Origin: Acidobacteriota bacterium
Lineage (GTDB): Bacteria; Acidobacteriota; CAIWXX01
Assembly (NCBI GenBank): GCA_040755995.1
Contig: JBFMAF010000027.1
Span: 1-64,000 of the forward strand
Direction: 5' to 3'
Length of the DNA: 64,000 nt
Shown piece after piece: positions 47,971 to 57,748 of this stretch. How positions within the stretch are numbered: the first letter of the stretch is position 1; every line of letters starts with the position of its first letter. The notes beneath the pieces were generated by a model that ran no database searches, was not told where the DNA came from, and worked only from the letters and a program-made list of their open reading frames with translations. Position numbers and translations under genes: made by a program.

Positions 47971-50589
47971 ATGCTCCCGCTGAGTGCGAATGGACAAAGG
48001 GCACTGATGGGTCTCCAGCGACGGGCTCGGCGAGCGGCTCTGACTGTCGCGGCAGTCGTCTTCGCGGCGGCGGCGATTCTCTACGGCCTTCTCTGGATGG
48101 TCGATGCCCACCGCGTGCCCGCGGTGGAGCTCGGGTTCGAAGACACCTACGCGGACGCCGAACGTGTAGTTGTCGTGACGCTTGTCCACGAGGGCAGCCC
48201 TGCGGAGGCGTCCGGAATGCTGCCCGGCGATCGTATCTTCGCAATCAACGGCCGGCGAATCGAAGATGAGAGCTCGCTGAGGAAAGTGTGGATGCGGCAC
48301 GAGCCCGGCGACACGGTCGAGCTCACGGTGGAGCGAAAGGGGCAATCATCGCCGGTGCTCCTGACCGCGGTGTTCCGCGCGCGCCTCGCCGGCCGGCTGG
48401 CCGAGCATTTCGCCGAGGAGGTGCGCGACATGTATCCCGTGCCGTTCCTCATCGTGGGCCTGACCGTGCTCTTCCTTCGTCTCGAAGACCGGAACGCGTG
48501 GCTCCTGGCGCTCCTCTTCGCGAGCTTCACGGCGGCTCCCGACTATTCAAACGAGTGGGAGGCCCTGGTTCCGGCCCTGCGCCCATTCACCATGGCATAT
48601 CGTGCGCTTTTTCTGAGCGTGCTGGGCGCGTTGTTCTATAACTTCTTCGCCGTCTTTCCGGCTCGGTCGCCTATCGACCGTCGGCTCCCGTGGTTGAGGT
48701 GGGCGGCCGTCGTCATCGGACTGTCCCTGGGGCTCCCCGGGCTCCGCTCCGGGCAGATGCAACTGCCACCTCCACTGCCCGCGTTGCTGGGAGAGAATGC
48801 GCGAGAGAGGGTCGCGCTGTGCTACACGATCGGCTTCGCCATTCTGGGGCTGGCCTCGATCGCTGTGAACTACCTCCGAACGCAGGAACCCGAAGCACTC
48901 CGGAAGATCCGAGTGATCTTCTGGGGGACAGCGGCCGGCGTCACACCGGCCCTGGCTCAGGCGGCCGCCGAGACCTTGTTCCGCGTTGAAGTCCCCAATT
49001 GGCTGCGAACGGTGGTCGTCGCGCTTCTATTCCTCCTGCCGGTGTCCTTCGCCTACGCCGTCGTGAAACACCGCGTGCTCGAGATCCCCGTGCTGCTCAA
49101 GCGCAGCGCCCGGTACTTGCTAGTACAGCGGGGGTTCACCATTCTCCTGTCGCTCCTCAGCATCGGCTTCACGCTCCTTTTCGCATTCTCGTACGCCCAC
49201 TACCTGCGCCCCATCATCGAATTCGCCCAACCATCGGGGATCGCGATCGGTGCGGCCTTTGGGACAGTGCTGTTCTGGGGTGGGTCGCATATCCACAGGC
49301 GGGTGAGCGGCGAGATCGACCGCGCCTTCTTCCGCGGCGCCTATGACGCGCGGATGATTCTTGAAGATCTGGCGGAGAGAACTCCCACGGCCAAGGACAT
49401 CGGAGCGCTTGCAGATATGCTCGACCGGCATCTCCGAGAGGCGCTGCACCCGAGCTCGCTTGCGATCTATTTCCGGAGCAGCCCTGATCTCCTGCGAGGG
49501 GTATCCGGAGGTGTCCCGCCTGATCTCTCCGCAATCTCCACGAATCTGCCTGCGCTTGCCGAGATGGCGAAGCGCGGGCAACCGCTGGAGCTCACGCCGT
49601 CTGCCTACGATGCATCGGATGGAACATCTGCGTTGGCGCAGCTCAAGCCGGACTGTCTCGTCCCGATCATGGGGCGCAATCGACAGCTTGCCGGTCTGAT
49701 CGTTCTTGGCCAGCGGCTTTCCGAGGAGCCGTACTCGGGCGAGGACAGGCGCCTTCTGGCAAGCGTCGCCAGCCAGGCCGGTAGCGCTCTCGACAACATC
49801 CGCCTCGCCGAAGAGATCGCCGAGCGAATGGAGAACGAGCGCCGTGCAGCGCGCGAGATGGAAATCGCCAGGCAGGTGCAGACCAGGCTTCTCCCGCAGG
49901 CGCCGCCGCCCTTGAAGACGCTCGAATGCGCCGCTCAGTGTATCCAGGCGCGTTCGGTCGGAGGCGACTACTATGACTTCCTGGATCTCGGCCCGGGCCA
50001 CGCCGGATTTGTGCTTGCCGACGTCTCGGGAAAGGGGGTCCATGCTGCGCTGCTGATGGCGAATCTGCAGGCGCATCTGCGGAGCCAGAGCGCCATTGCG
50101 CCGCTCGATCCGGTGAGCGTTCTGACGAAGGTCAATCGCATGCTCTACGGATCCACTGCCGGCCAACACTTCGCCACGCTGTTCTACGGAGTCTATGACG
50201 ACGCCACCTGCACGCTGCTCTATGCCAACTGCGGCCACAATCCGCCGGTATTGTTGCGATCCGATGGAACCGTCGCAAGGCTGGCGGGAACCGCGACAAT
50301 CGTAGGGATTTTCGATGAATGGGAGTGCGCTGTCGAGAGCATCCAGCTCGCCTCCGGCGATCTCCTGGCGGTTTACAGCGACGGTGTCACGGAAGCCACG
50401 CGCGACGAGGAGGAGTTTGGCGAGGAGCGACTGATCGATGCGCTGCTGGCACACCGGGATCGCCCGGTGAGTGACATCACGACTGCCGTGCTGGCCGGCG
50501 TGCAACAGTTCAGCGCCGGAACTCAGTCCGACGACCTGACCCTGCTGGTCGCGCGTGTGACCAGGCCGGCCGGTGGAACGGATGCCTGA
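47971..50589 (+). CDS. Membrane sensor phosphatase: PDZ + multi-TM + GAF + SpoIIE/PP2C
   Basis: GSPAEASGMLPGDRIFAING; TM bundle; GQRLSEEPYSGED; VGGDYYD, ADVSGKG, YSDGVTE, SDDLT. Confidence 0.93.
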   Translation: MLPLSANGQRALMGLQRRARRAALTVAAVVFAAAAILYGLLWMVDAHRVPAVELGFEDTYADAERVVVVTLVHEGSPAEASGMLPGDRIFAINGRRIEDESSLRKVWMRHEPGDTVELTVERKGQSSPVLLTAVFRARLAGRLAEHFAEEVRDMYPVPFLIVGLTVLFLRLEDRNAWLLALLFASFTAAPDYSNEWEALVPALRPFTMAYRALFLSVLGALFYNFFAVFPARSPIDRRLPWLRWAAVVIGLSLGLPGLRSGQMQLPPPLPALLGENARERVALCYTIGFAILGLASIAVNYLRTQEPEALRKIRVIFWGTAAGVTPALAQAAAETLFRVEVPNWLRTVVVALLFLLPVSFAYAVVKHRVLEIPVLLKRSARYLLVQRGFTILLSLLSIGFTLLFAFSYAHYLRPIIEFAQPSGIAIGAAFGTVLFWGGSHIHRRVSGEIDRAFFRGAYDARMILEDLAERTPTAKDIGALADMLDRHLREALHPSSLAIYFRSSPDLLRGVSGGVPPDLSAISTNLPALAEMAKRGQPLELTPSAYDASDGTSALAQLKPDCLVPIMGRNRQLAGLIVLGQRLSEEPYSGEDRRLLASVASQAGSALDNIRLAEEIAERMENERRAAREMEIARQVQTRLLPQAPPPLKTLECAAQCIQARSVGGDYYDFLDLGPGHAGFVLADVSGKGVHAALLMANLQAHLRSQSAIAPLDPVSVLTKVNRMLYGSTAGQHFATLFYGVYDDATCTLLYANCGHNPPVLLRSDGTVARLAGTATIVGIFDEWECAVESIQLASGDLLAVYSDGVTEATRDEEEFGEERLIDALLAHRDRPVSDITTAVLAGVQQFSAGTQSDDLTLLVARVTRPAGGTDA

Positions 50590-50765
50590 GCGCCAGGTCG
50601 ATGGCGGCGCTCCTCCGCCGTCTTGAGTATCCCTGTCAGCGCCGTGTGGCAATACCAGGGAATCTGTGCAAGAGTCTCACGACGCGCTATCCAGGTCGGT
50701 GCTCGCGGTCTTGACGGGGTCATGGAAACCGACTCGGAGCGACGTTTGGATCGCTGAAGATGGCA

Positions 50766-50793
50766 TTGACGACCGACCATTTTCGTAGATAAT
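50766..50793 (+). promoter_or_regulatory. Candidate sigma70 promoter, possibly giving a leaderless mRNA starting at ATG 50801
   Basis: TTGACG-16 nt-GATAAT, 7 nt before ATG 50801; no RBS. Confidence 0.4.
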
Positions 50794-52009
50794 GGTCATC
50801 ATGATTGAAAGAAATCTGGGGCCAGAACTCCTGAGCTCGATCGGTCGAAAGCAGTCTCTCTTCCTCTTTGGGCCGAGGCAGACAGGGAAGTCCACTCTGC
50901 TGGGTGAAGTCAGCAGCCAGTATCGGAACACCATCGAGTACTCGATGCTCAAGGTGTCATTGCGGCAGCGGCTGGAGCGGACGCCGGAGATCCTCAGGCA
51001 AGAAGTGGCCTCGGCCCGGCCTGACCTTGTGATACTCGACGAGGTGCAGAGGGTGCCGGAGCTGCTGGACGAAGTGCAGTGGATCATCGACAATGAAGAG
51101 ACGACGTTCGCGATCACGGGGTCGTCTGCCCGGAAGCTGCGCAGGCGCGGGGTGAATATGTTGGCGGGCCGGGCTCTGACGTTCCGTCTGGATCCATTCG
51201 ATTTGAGGGAGCGGCGCAGAATCCCCGGGACGTCTCCCTTGGACGGCGCCCTCCAGACCATACTCACGTACGGTGACTTGCCGAGAATTGGCTTGATGGT
51301 TGGACGCAACGAGTTGCGAGGAGCGAGAGGCCTGCTGCGATCTTACGCGGAAACGTTCATCGAAGAAGAGATAAGGATGGAAAGCCAGGTGCGCAAGATC
51401 GGCGTCTTCGGATCATTCCTCAAGATGGCGGCGGAGGACTCGGGGAAGATCGTAAACCTGCGAGAACTGGCCCAGGATGTCGGTGCATCACACCAGACGA
51501 TCTCATCATTCTACCAAGTGCTTCAGGACTGCCTGATCGTCGAGGAGTTCCCGTCGCTCGTGCCCGCGTCCACGCGCAGGCGTCTTTCCAGAGCCTCCAA
51601 GTACGTCTTCTTCGACCTCGGGGTTCGCAACGCCTGTGCCGGCGCGCTCAGGTCCGAAGGAGTCCAGTCCGAGGAATGGGGAAGCCGGTTCGAGCAGTGG
51701 GTGGGCCTGTCGATTCTCCGGCACTACAGGAGTATCGACGAGGACGCACGGATCTACTACTGGCGGGATCACAGCGGACCTGAGGTTGATTGGGTGATCG
51801 AGCGAAGTGGCCGTTGGACGCCTGTAGAGGCGAAGCTGACCGACAATCCCCAGGCACGTCACATTCGCCACCTCGCGGTGTTCCTCGATGAGTACCCCGA
51901 CAGGACAGACCAGGCGATCCTGGTATACGCGGGCGAAAGGGAACGGAAGTTGGCCGACCGCGTCACCGCAGTGCCGTGGCATCAGCTGGACGAGATTTTG
52001 CCAGCATAG
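50792..52009 (+). CDS. AAA+ ATPase (AAA_14) with DUF4143
   Basis: GPRQTGKST, ILDEVQ, ITGSS, LAGR, KYVFFDLG, YWRD...EVDWV...VEAK. Confidence 0.92.
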   Translation: MVIMIERNLGPELLSSIGRKQSLFLFGPRQTGKSTLLGEVSSQYRNTIEYSMLKVSLRQRLERTPEILRQEVASARPDLVILDEVQRVPELLDEVQWIIDNEETTFAITGSSARKLRRRGVNMLAGRALTFRLDPFDLRERRRIPGTSPLDGALQTILTYGDLPRIGLMVGRNELRGARGLLRSYAETFIEEEIRMESQVRKIGVFGSFLKMAAEDSGKIVNLRELAQDVGASHQTISSFYQVLQDCLIVEEFPSLVPASTRRRLSRASKYVFFDLGVRNACAGALRSEGVQSEEWGSRFEQWVGLSILRHYRSIDEDARIYYWRDHSGPEVDWVIERSGRWTPVEAKLTDNPQARHIRHLAVFLDEYPDRTDQAILVYAGERERKLADRVTAVPWHQLDEILPA

Positions 52010-52204
52010 CCCCGTGATCTGCAAGGGACTTCTGCGAGCGTTCGACCTTGCCCGTCCATAGCTGGAGCATCGCCTTCTTCTTGCTGGCCGGCATCAATCA
52101 GCGAAGCGACTCGCAGTCGGGGGCATCATCCCTCACGAAGCAGATGGCCCGCCAGTCAGGAGGCAGAGGTCGGGCGGGAAGCCACGTATCAGCGAGACAA
52201 GGCG

Positions 52205-54970
52205 CTACGTCGAACACGCGGGCTGAGGTGATCCACCAGGCGGGGCATCGCGCGTGTCGCGGTGCGTCATTGCACGGAGGACCTTCTCGGCGGTGATCGG
52301 GAGGCTCTTGATTCGCACGCCTACGGCGTCGTCAATGGCGTTTGCGATTGCGCCCATCACCGGCAGAATCGTCCCCTCGCCCACCTCCTTCGCTCCAAAC
52401 GGGCCGTTCGGATCGCGGATCGGAACCGATGCCGAGACGATCGGGAACGAATCCGCGATCGTCGGGATCAGGTAGTCGTGGAACGTCGGGTTCACCAGAC
52501 GGCCTTCCGAGTGCAGGACCTCTTCCATCAGGGCCTCGCCCATCCCCATCACGAGCGACCCTTCGACCTGGCCTCTGAACGTGAGCGGGTTGATCACTGT
52601 GCCTGAGTCGTGCACGGCGCACATGCGATCTACGGTGACCCTCCCGGTGCCGGTGTCGACGCGCACCTCGGCCACTACCGCACAGAAGCTGTAGGCCGGT
52701 GACGTGCCCACCGCAGCGCCCTTGAACGAGCCTCCGAGCTTCGGCGGCGAATAGCAGCCGGTTGCCACTATCCCGCCCTTCTTCGCGAATCGCCTGGCAG
52801 CGATCTCTGCAAAGGGCATCGCCGTCTGACCGTCCGAGACGTTTCCACGCCTGAAGACGAGCGGCCCAGCGGGCTTGCCCACCGACTCAGCCCAGAACTC
52901 CTCGATCGTCGCCTTCACCTTCCTGGCCGCATCGACCGTGGCGTTGCCTGCCATGAACGTGATCCGCGATGCATAGGCGCCCAGGTCCTTCGGCGTCACG
53001 GCCGAGTCGGACGAGATAATGGAGACGCGTTCGTACTCGATTCCGAGCTCCTCCGCCGCGATCTGGCACAGCACCGTGTCCGAGCCCTGGCCGATTTCCG
53101 GCGCTCCCGTGTACAGAAACACCCGCTCGCCGTCGTCGGCGACTCGAATCGTGCAGGCCGAATGCGGCAGGTCGCCGCGGATGATCGGATATCCCGCGCC
53201 GGAAATGAAGCAGCCCAGCCCGATGCCGATGCCGCGCCCGTACGGCAGTTTGCCGTACTTGTCGTCGAACGCCGAGAGCTTGACGGCTTCATCGAGGCAC
53301 TCCTTGATGCCGCAGCTCGTGATCTGCAGGTCGTTGACGGTCTTGTAGCCGGCAGGCATCAGGTTTTTCATTCTGACGGCGATCGGGTCGAGCCCGAGAT
53401 CGCGCGCAGCGAGATCGAGCTGCGACTCGAAGGCGAACCGTGGCTGAGGCGTTCCGTTGCCCCGCTGCGCTCCGCACGTCGGCAGATTCGTGCAGATGCG
53501 ATCGGCTTCGAAGTGGAAATGCGGCAGCTTGTACGGTGTGGTCAGGAGGCACCCGGAGTAGTACGACGTGATGATGCCGTACCCGGTGTAGGCGCCTCCG
53601 TCGAGTTTCACTTCGATGCTGCTGCCGAGCAGCGTGCCGTCCTTGTCGAAAGCCGTCTTCAAAGTGATCGTCTGCGCGTGGCGGCCTCGCCCGTGCTGGA
53701 ACACCTGGCGCCGGTCCATCGTCATCAGAACTGGTCGCTGGAGCCGCTGCGCGGCGATGACCGACAGGAAATCCAGCTTCGTCACCTCGGCTTTGCCGCC
53801 GAACCCGCCGCCCATCGCCGGCCTGATGACGCGAAGCTTGCTCATCGGAATCCCGAGGACCCTCGACAGGTGGTACTGCGTGTAGTGCGGGGCCTGGCTG
53901 GCCGTCCAGACATTGATGAGGTCGCCTTCGAGCATCGCCAGCGATGCCTGCGGCTCCAGGAACGCCTGGTGCGTGCGCTGCCCCTGGAAGACGTCTTCGC
54001 GTACATGGGCAGCATCGACGGCGCTCTGCTCGAAGTTGCCGAAATCCTGCAGGATGTGCGTGTTGATATTGCGTGGATACGCCTCATGCAGCGCAGGCGC
54101 CGCCGCCTCCGTCGCCTTCCCAACGTTGAACACGGGCTCCAGCGGTTTGTACTCGACGCGCACCAGGCTCGCGGCGTGCTCCGCCTTTCTGCGATCTACA
54201 GCGAACACCGCCGCCACAGGCTCGCCCACGTGACGCACCACGCCGAGAGGCAGGATGGTCTCGTCATAGCGTGCAGGCGACACGCCGTAGGTCGTGGACG
54301 GCACCTCGGCCGCCGTCAACACCAGCACGACGCCGTCCGCCGCCTGTGCCTGGGACGCGTCGATCCCGAGCACGCGAGCGTGCGGATGCGGGCTTGTGAC
54401 CAGCGCTCCGTAGACCATGCCCGGGAAGTAGTGATCAGCGGTGAACATGGCGCGGCCTGTCACCTTGTCCCACGTGTCTTTGCGTGGAACAGGCTTCCCG
54501 ACGACGTCGAATTCCGATTTCTCACCGGTGTCCGGGCTCTCGCCCTTGAGTGCACGGAGGATGCCGAGGTATCCGGTGCAGCGGCACAGGTGCCCGGAGA
54601 GCGCCGTCTTGATTTCGCCCTCACCGGGACGCGCGTTGCGATCGAGGAGCGCCGAGGAGCTGACGACGACTCCCGGAGCGCAGTAGCCGCACTGGAAGGC
54701 CGAGTGCTTCACGAACTCTTCCTGCACGGGATGGCGGACCCCTTCGATGGTCGTGATCGAAGACCCGTCAGCCTCGGCCGTGAGCATGAGGCAGGCGTTG
54801 ATGGGCGCGCCGTCCAGCAGCACGGTGCACGCGCCGCAGTCTCCGGTGTCGCAGCCCCGCTTGCTCCCCGTGAGATGCAGGCGATCCCGCAGCGTGTCGA
54901 GTAGGGTCTCGTTGGAATCGACGATCAGACGATGGGTGGAACCGTTGATGAGGAGGCTTACATCAGGCAT
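52205..54970 (-). CDS. hcrA: Fused [2Fe-2S] + molybdopterin subunit, 4-hydroxybenzoyl-CoA reductase-like (HcrC-HcrA fusion)
   Basis: GCDTGDCGAC, QCGYC and CRC at the N-terminus; GGGFGGK, DLGAYASRITFMAGNA, FKGAAVGTSPAYSF, GAKEVGEG; benzoyl-CoA pathway context. Confidence 0.75.
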   Translation of the reverse strand: MPDVSLLINGSTHRLIVDSNETLLDTLRDRLHLTGSKRGCDTGDCGACTVLLDGAPINACLMLTAEADGSSITTIEGVRHPVQEEFVKHSAFQCGYCAPGVVVSSSALLDRNARPGEGEIKTALSGHLCRCTGYLGILRALKGESPDTGEKSEFDVVGKPVPRKDTWDKVTGRAMFTADHYFPGMVYGALVTSPHPHARVLGIDASQAQAADGVVLVLTAAEVPSTTYGVSPARYDETILPLGVVRHVGEPVAAVFAVDRRKAEHAASLVRVEYKPLEPVFNVGKATEAAAPALHEAYPRNINTHILQDFGNFEQSAVDAAHVREDVFQGQRTHQAFLEPQASLAMLEGDLINVWTASQAPHYTQYHLSRVLGIPMSKLRVIRPAMGGGFGGKAEVTKLDFLSVIAAQRLQRPVLMTMDRRQVFQHGRGRHAQTITLKTAFDKDGTLLGSSIEVKLDGGAYTGYGIITSYYSGCLLTTPYKLPHFHFEADRICTNLPTCGAQRGNGTPQPRFAFESQLDLAARDLGLDPIAVRMKNLMPAGYKTVNDLQITSCGIKECLDEAVKLSAFDDKYGKLPYGRGIGIGLGCFISGAGYPIIRGDLPHSACTIRVADDGERVFLYTGAPEIGQGSDTVLCQIAAEELGIEYERVSIISSDSAVTPKDLGAYASRITFMAGNATVDAARKVKATIEEFWAESVGKPAGPLVFRRGNVSDGQTAMPFAEIAARRFAKKGGIVATGCYSPPKLGGSFKGAAVGTSPAYSFCAVVAEVRVDTGTGRVTVDRMCAVHDSGTVINPLTFRGQVEGSLVMGMGEALMEEVLHSEGRLVNPTFHDYLIPTIADSFPIVSASVPIRDPNGPFGAKEVGEGTILPVMGAIANAIDDAVGVRIKSLPITAEKVLRAMTHRDTRDAPPGGSPQPACST

Positions 54971-55835
54971 GCGCGGCCTCCTCCCATCGTTCGTAGGCCT
55001 TCTGAAGCACGCGAATCGTGGCTACCTTAGCGAGATGCAGCCGGTACTCGGCGCTTCCTCGAAGATCCGAGATCGGCGTGAGCGAGCTGGAGACGACGTC
55101 GGCGACCCGTTCCCACGTGGCCTTCTCCGGCCTCTGGCCCGCCGACACATCGCGGACGCCGGGCACCAGCAGCGGTACCGGGTGCGCGGCAGTCACAGCC
55201 ACGCGAAGGTCCGTGATGAGCCCGCCGCTGACCTGGACTGCCCCTGCCACTCCGACGATCGCGATATTGACGGCCTCTCGCACGCCGAATTTCACGTAAG
55301 CCGAGCCCGGGTTGTGCTTCTTGAACGTGATCGACATGAGCAGCTCGTCCGGCCGCCTGGCGGTCTTTCGAGGCCCTTCGAAGAAGCTGTTCAACGGCAC
55401 ATCGCGCGCGCCTCCGGCGCTCTGAAGCCTCACCGCCGCGTCGTTGACGAGCAGCACCGGCGGGAAGTCAGCGCAGGCAGCCGCCGTGCAGAGGTTCCCG
55501 CCGATTGTCGCGCGGTTCCTGATCGGCGGAGTAGCCATCTGTGGAATGATGTCGCCGAATGCGGGGTTCGAGGCCGGCACGGCCGAATTGGAGACGGCCG
55601 TGACGGTGTTGCCTGCCCCGACCGTGCAACGGTCGCCGCCGGTCTCCATCACCCTGAGCTCCGCAAGATCGCGCAACGAGAGCAGCGCCGGCGGCAGAAG
55701 CCTGCCTTCCTTCATCAGCACGATCAGATCGGTGCCCCCGGCGAGCGGCCGCACGGCCTCCCGCTTCTCCGCGAGCAGCTCCAGGGCCTCTTTGGTCGTG
55801 CCGGGGCGGAAGTACTCGAACGGAGGCAGAATCAT
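54963..55835 (-). CDS. FAD-binding subunit of a xanthine-oxidase-family enzyme (HcrB/CoxM-like)
   Basis: MILPPFEY, LAGGTDL, IRNRATIGGNL, PISDLRGSAEYR. Confidence 0.9.
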   Translation of the reverse strand: MILPPFEYFRPGTTKEALELLAEKREAVRPLAGGTDLIVLMKEGRLLPPALLSLRDLAELRVMETGGDRCTVGAGNTVTAVSNSAVPASNPAFGDIIPQMATPPIRNRATIGGNLCTAAACADFPPVLLVNDAAVRLQSAGGARDVPLNSFFEGPRKTARRPDELLMSITFKKHNPGSAYVKFGVREAVNIAIVGVAGAVQVSGGLITDLRVAVTAAHPVPLLVPGVRDVSAGQRPEKATWERVADVVSSSLTPISDLRGSAEYRLHLAKVATIRVLQKAYERWEEAAHA

Positions 55836-56854
55836 GGCATCACGATCAGGTTGCGGATGACAGGCTTTCCCTCTCGCAGATCGTTCATGGCGGTGTTGAT
55901 GTCTTCGATCTTGTAGCGATTGGTCACCAGCGGCTCCAGCGCCACTTTCCCGCGCGCCACCAGATTCACGATTCGATGATAGTCCAGCGGCCTGCAGCCC
56001 AGCGAGCCGCGGATCTCCATCTCCCTGAACATGATCCTGGACGCCGGAAGCGGCAGGTCCTCGGCGCTGTAACCCACCATCACGAACCGGCCGCCGGTCT
56101 TGAGGACCGACATCGCCTGCAGCATGACGGCCGGCTTTCCGATTGCTTCGAACGCAACGTCGCAGGCACCCGCCCTCTTGCGGATCGTCTTGACCAGGTT
56201 CTGGTCCTTCGCGTCGAAGACGTCGTGGGCGCCGAGCTTCTTCGCGAGCGCCAGCTTTTCCTCGCTGATGTCCACGGCCAGGACCTGCGCGCCGGCGAGC
56301 ACCGCGAACTGCACGACGTTGATCCCGACGCCTCCGCATCCGAAGACGATCGCGACCTGCCCCGGCCGGACCTCGCCTCTGTTCACCACGGCATGGAACG
56401 GAGTCGAGAGCGCATCGGCGATGATCGCCGAGCTGTCGAGCGGCAGCTGTGCCGGCAGCGGGATCAGGTCCTTCGGCGGCACCGCCACGTACTCCGCGTA
56501 CCCGCCGTGGACATGGTTGCCGAGCATCACCATTTTTTCACAGATGTTCTCTCTGCCCTGTCGGCACGCCTCGCACTTGCCGCAGGTCAGCACGGCGGGG
56601 ATGATCACGCGATCGCCCTCTTTCCAGCCGGTGACGTTGGGTCCCAGCTTGCTGATCGTCCCGCTGATTTCGTGACCGAGAATCACGGGCGGCTCCTTGA
56701 AGGTCGGAGTGCCGTGATCCAGGTAGTGCAGATCGGTGTGGCACACGCCGCACGCCGCGACCTTCACCAGCACCTCGCCCTCGCGCGGCTCCGGCGCCGC
56801 CACGTCCTCCACGCGCATGTTCTTCTCGCCCTTGTAGTAAAAAGCCGCTTTCAT
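55832..56854 (-). CDS. had: Zn-dependent alcohol dehydrogenase, likely 6-hydroxycyclohex-1-ene-1-carbonyl-CoA dehydrogenase
   Basis: CGVCHTD, LGHEISG, CGKCEAC..C, GCGGVG; clustered with dch and oah. Confidence 0.65.
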   Translation of the reverse strand: MKAAFYYKGEKNMRVEDVAAPEPREGEVLVKVAACGVCHTDLHYLDHGTPTFKEPPVILGHEISGTISKLGPNVTGWKEGDRVIIPAVLTCGKCEACRQGRENICEKMVMLGNHVHGGYAEYVAVPPKDLIPLPAQLPLDSSAIIADALSTPFHAVVNRGEVRPGQVAIVFGCGGVGINVVQFAVLAGAQVLAVDISEEKLALAKKLGAHDVFDAKDQNLVKTIRKRAGACDVAFEAIGKPAVMLQAMSVLKTGGRFVMVGYSAEDLPLPASRIMFREMEIRGSLGCRPLDYHRIVNLVARGKVALEPLVTNRYKIEDINTAMNDLREGKPVIRNLIVMP

Positions 56855-57648
56855 GAATTCCTCCCTTTGAGATGTCTGAAGATGGCTTCCATGACGCCAC
56901 CAGCCACTGCATTCGCCTTGTCCGAAACAGTGAAGCAGTATTCTCTCCTGTCTCGGGGGTCGATGTCACCGACTTTCCGGCCGGCGTCCACTACTGTTCC
57001 CGGATGGAGCATCCCGCGGACGACTCCCGATATCGATGCACAGATCTTCGATCCGCTCACTTCGGCGACGAGCGCTCCATACTCCACGTGTTCGCCGATC
57101 GTGACCAGCGGCACGAACGTGCCCGAAGCCGGTGCGCGCAGAACCCGCTCGGCGCCGTACCCGCAGACCTGCTCTGGGATGCTGGTGTCTTCCTGTGCGG
57201 AGCCCTTCCAGATTACCCTGCCGAGATCGTGCCCGCGTTGCGTCTCGATTACTGCGTGGCAGTCCGCACCCGCCTGGAAGCCTGGGCCGACGCCGATGAC
57301 AAGCCGGGCCAGGCTGATGTTGCTCTCACCTGCCGGCCGCTTGAGCATCCGAGCGTCCACGAGCACGTCCGGATGCCAGCTTCGGACGGTAGCTCCCGTC
57401 TCGTCGACGATGACCGGTATGAAGGCCTGTGGGCACTCGGGGCACGCGTCGCACCGCCTCCCCATCACTCCCTCCACCTCCACCTCGCCCTCATGAACCG
57501 CCGTCGCGAACGACACCGTCCTGCGAATGGCCGTGGGATACGGACTCTCCAGTATCGCGACGAACATGCCTGAGAGATGCAGCCGGCGGGCAATCCCAGA
57601 CGCGAGATCTCCACCGCCTCGCACCAGCACCTTTGTCGGCGTACTCAC
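56851..57648 (-). CDS. yqeB: YqeB-family selenium-dependent molybdenum hydroxylase accessory protein
   Basis: VRGGGDLASG, AIRRTVSF, IETQRGHDLG, ERVLRAP, KVGDIDPR, SDKANAVAGGVMEA. Confidence 0.9.
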   Translation of the reverse strand: MSTPTKVLVRGGGDLASGIARRLHLSGMFVAILESPYPTAIRRTVSFATAVHEGEVEVEGVMGRRCDACPECPQAFIPVIVDETGATVRSWHPDVLVDARMLKRPAGESNISLARLVIGVGPGFQAGADCHAVIETQRGHDLGRVIWKGSAQEDTSIPEQVCGYGAERVLRAPASGTFVPLVTIGEHVEYGALVAEVSGSKICASISGVVRGMLHPGTVVDAGRKVGDIDPRDRREYCFTVSDKANAVAGGVMEAIFRHLKGRNS

Positions 57649-57748
57649 GGCTTTTCAGGACTCGCCGCGCCATTGCATCCGCGTACGAAACGGCGAATCG
57701 GAGAAACGGCGAAACGAAGATCGCCACCGCACCACGCCACCCACGAGC

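Noticed and set aside
52205..54970. Aerobic CO dehydrogenase large subunit or BamB tungsten benzoyl-CoA reductase
   Set aside because: Lacks the CoxL AYxCSFR loop; it is xanthine-oxidase family, whereas BamB is AOR family.
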